Of a stretch of DNA of 64,000 nt, positions 62,306 through 64,000 are shown in pieces (the stretch's first letter is position 1; each line of letters begins with the position of its first letter). The position numbers were made by a program, and so were the translations under genes. This DNA comes from Podarcis liolepis (taxonomy: Eukaryota): NCBI GenBank assembly GCA_965112155.1, contig OZ218101.1; one strand, written 5' to 3'. Under the pieces are notes generated by a model that had not been told where the DNA came from, ran no database searches, and saw only the letters and a list, made by a program, of their open reading frames with translations.

Positions 62306-64000
62306 GGCCTCTCAGACTCAAAGCGCCCGGTGAGTTTAATTTAGAACGGAGCTGGAGATTTTCCACTGCTGGACTAAAACAAAAGTAAATAAAAGCCCTT
62401 CAAATGAATGAGCCTTCTTTTCTAAAAACTACCAAAATCTCCCCCTTTTGTGGGGCATGAATGCACCAGCGGGAGAATTTTGGACCACCTTAATGCTGGT
62501 CCCTCAACTGTGAAATCCTTCAGTCTGGTTCTGATCAGAGACCATACTCTCTCATGTCTCCAAACTGCCCTAGGTGCTCCAGAATCTGTCTTGGACCTTA
62601 CCCCTGTTTCCTGCTTGATATCTAGAAGTTTGCTCTTATTTTAGTGTTGGGATCCAGCCTTTCTTATCTGGTGACCATAGTTACTTGTTAGGTGAGCATT
62701 GCCCAGGCCACCTGACCATTTCCCCTACTGGTTCAGACCTGCATGGACTGAGCAACAAGCATTCAACAATATAGCTGGATAAGAATCATATTCAATTTTT
62801 CCTCTGAATACCTTCTGCACCTCAAACTGTAGTATGCCCCAATTTTTAACTTCAGGTCAAGGGCTGCTGTATCTGCTGTTTGTTAACAGATACATTGATG
62901 GTCACAATTTTGCAAGTTCCACAGATGTGCTTGAAGTCACACCTGCTTGACTGTGTAACTGAGTCCATGAAAACACTCATGATTCCTGCTTACTAGGCAA
63001 TCTCCTTGTAAGGGTTGAGAAGAGCTATACAACAGGCTTTGTAGACAGAATTCCACTATAGCTGCCAGAGGACCCTAAAATGCAGCAGGAATGCATAAAA
63101 ATAAAAAACTCCTCCAAGCTGTTGCCCAGAATCCAAAATTACCTAAATATACCACTGCAAATATGCCATGGTATTCTGACACCTGATAAATATCTTCTGG
63201 TAGAATATTTAACACCATCATCATATCTCCATTAAGATATGGTAGCAGCTCAATTTCATGCCACGATTTCCCCCTGAGAAAGCTGCTTTTTGAGGGGCAC
63301 AACGCTCAGAAACACATGTTTTGGGGCATCACATGAGATTGCGAGAAATCACATGAGATCATGGCCCCCCAAATGGTCGCTGTCCTCTTGTGAGAAAAAA
63401 ATATGATGCCCTGGTTCAGGGACGCTTCTGGGGTATGCTATATGGCTTTGTCCAAGACTACCAGAAAGATTGTATCTATACGAACCTCCCATCAGCATCA
63501 GAAGCATGGTTGGTGCTGACAAGAGAGAGGCAGCCTTTTCTGTGGCTATTCCCATATTGTGGAATTCTCTCCCAAGAAAGGTTAGATTGACTCCCTCTTT
63601 GTTATCTCTCCACCAACAGGCTAATACCTTCATGTTAAGACAGGCCTTTGAAAACCCAGGTGCAGATGATGCTGATCACTGGGCTGATGTCAGAGCAAAC
63701 TATATTTTGCTCTGCATTTTGCTGGTTCTAAATGCATGTTGATGTGTTTCAAACTGTTGCTTTTGACTAGCTTGCTTTTTATTTTATGGTGCTGCTTTAA
63801 AATGTTGGAAGCCGGCTTGAATCTCAACTTGGGAGAAAGATGAGATACAAAGACATTAAGTAAACAAATAAGCAAAATCCCAAAGAAACAAGCATACTCA
63901 CTTGTGCTTCCTGTACAGGATAAGTTAACAAGTCTTTAGTTAAGCCAGATTTCATTGTCTGGAGGTCCACCCCCTCCCTTGAAACACACGGTGGGGGGGG

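Overview
Vertebrate nuclear DNA, almost certainly from a squamate (a lacertid-type lizard is plausible, inferred from Sauria SINEs, BovB/RTE, CR1, L2 and lizard-type hAT/TcMar MITEs). I recognise no host protein-coding exon, RNA gene or CRISPR array, so the window reads as a gene desert or very large intron. It is densely layered with transposable elements and has two assembly gaps. The only long ORF (546 aa) is the ORF2 of a young but inactivated CR1 LINE. That CR1 sits inside a 5'-truncated BovB/RTE copy and itself carries a second CR1 3' end, making a three-level nest. Other notable items are an internally deleted mariner that keeps its TIRs and HTH region, a ~300-bp fold-back palindrome at 51.5-51.8 kb, an unclassified insertion with an acidic ORF at 33.4-34.0 kb, and several TE-free, homeodomain/TCF-motif-rich blocks that may be conserved enhancers. 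I found no evidence for a new multi-gene biological system; the findings are structural observations that need testing.
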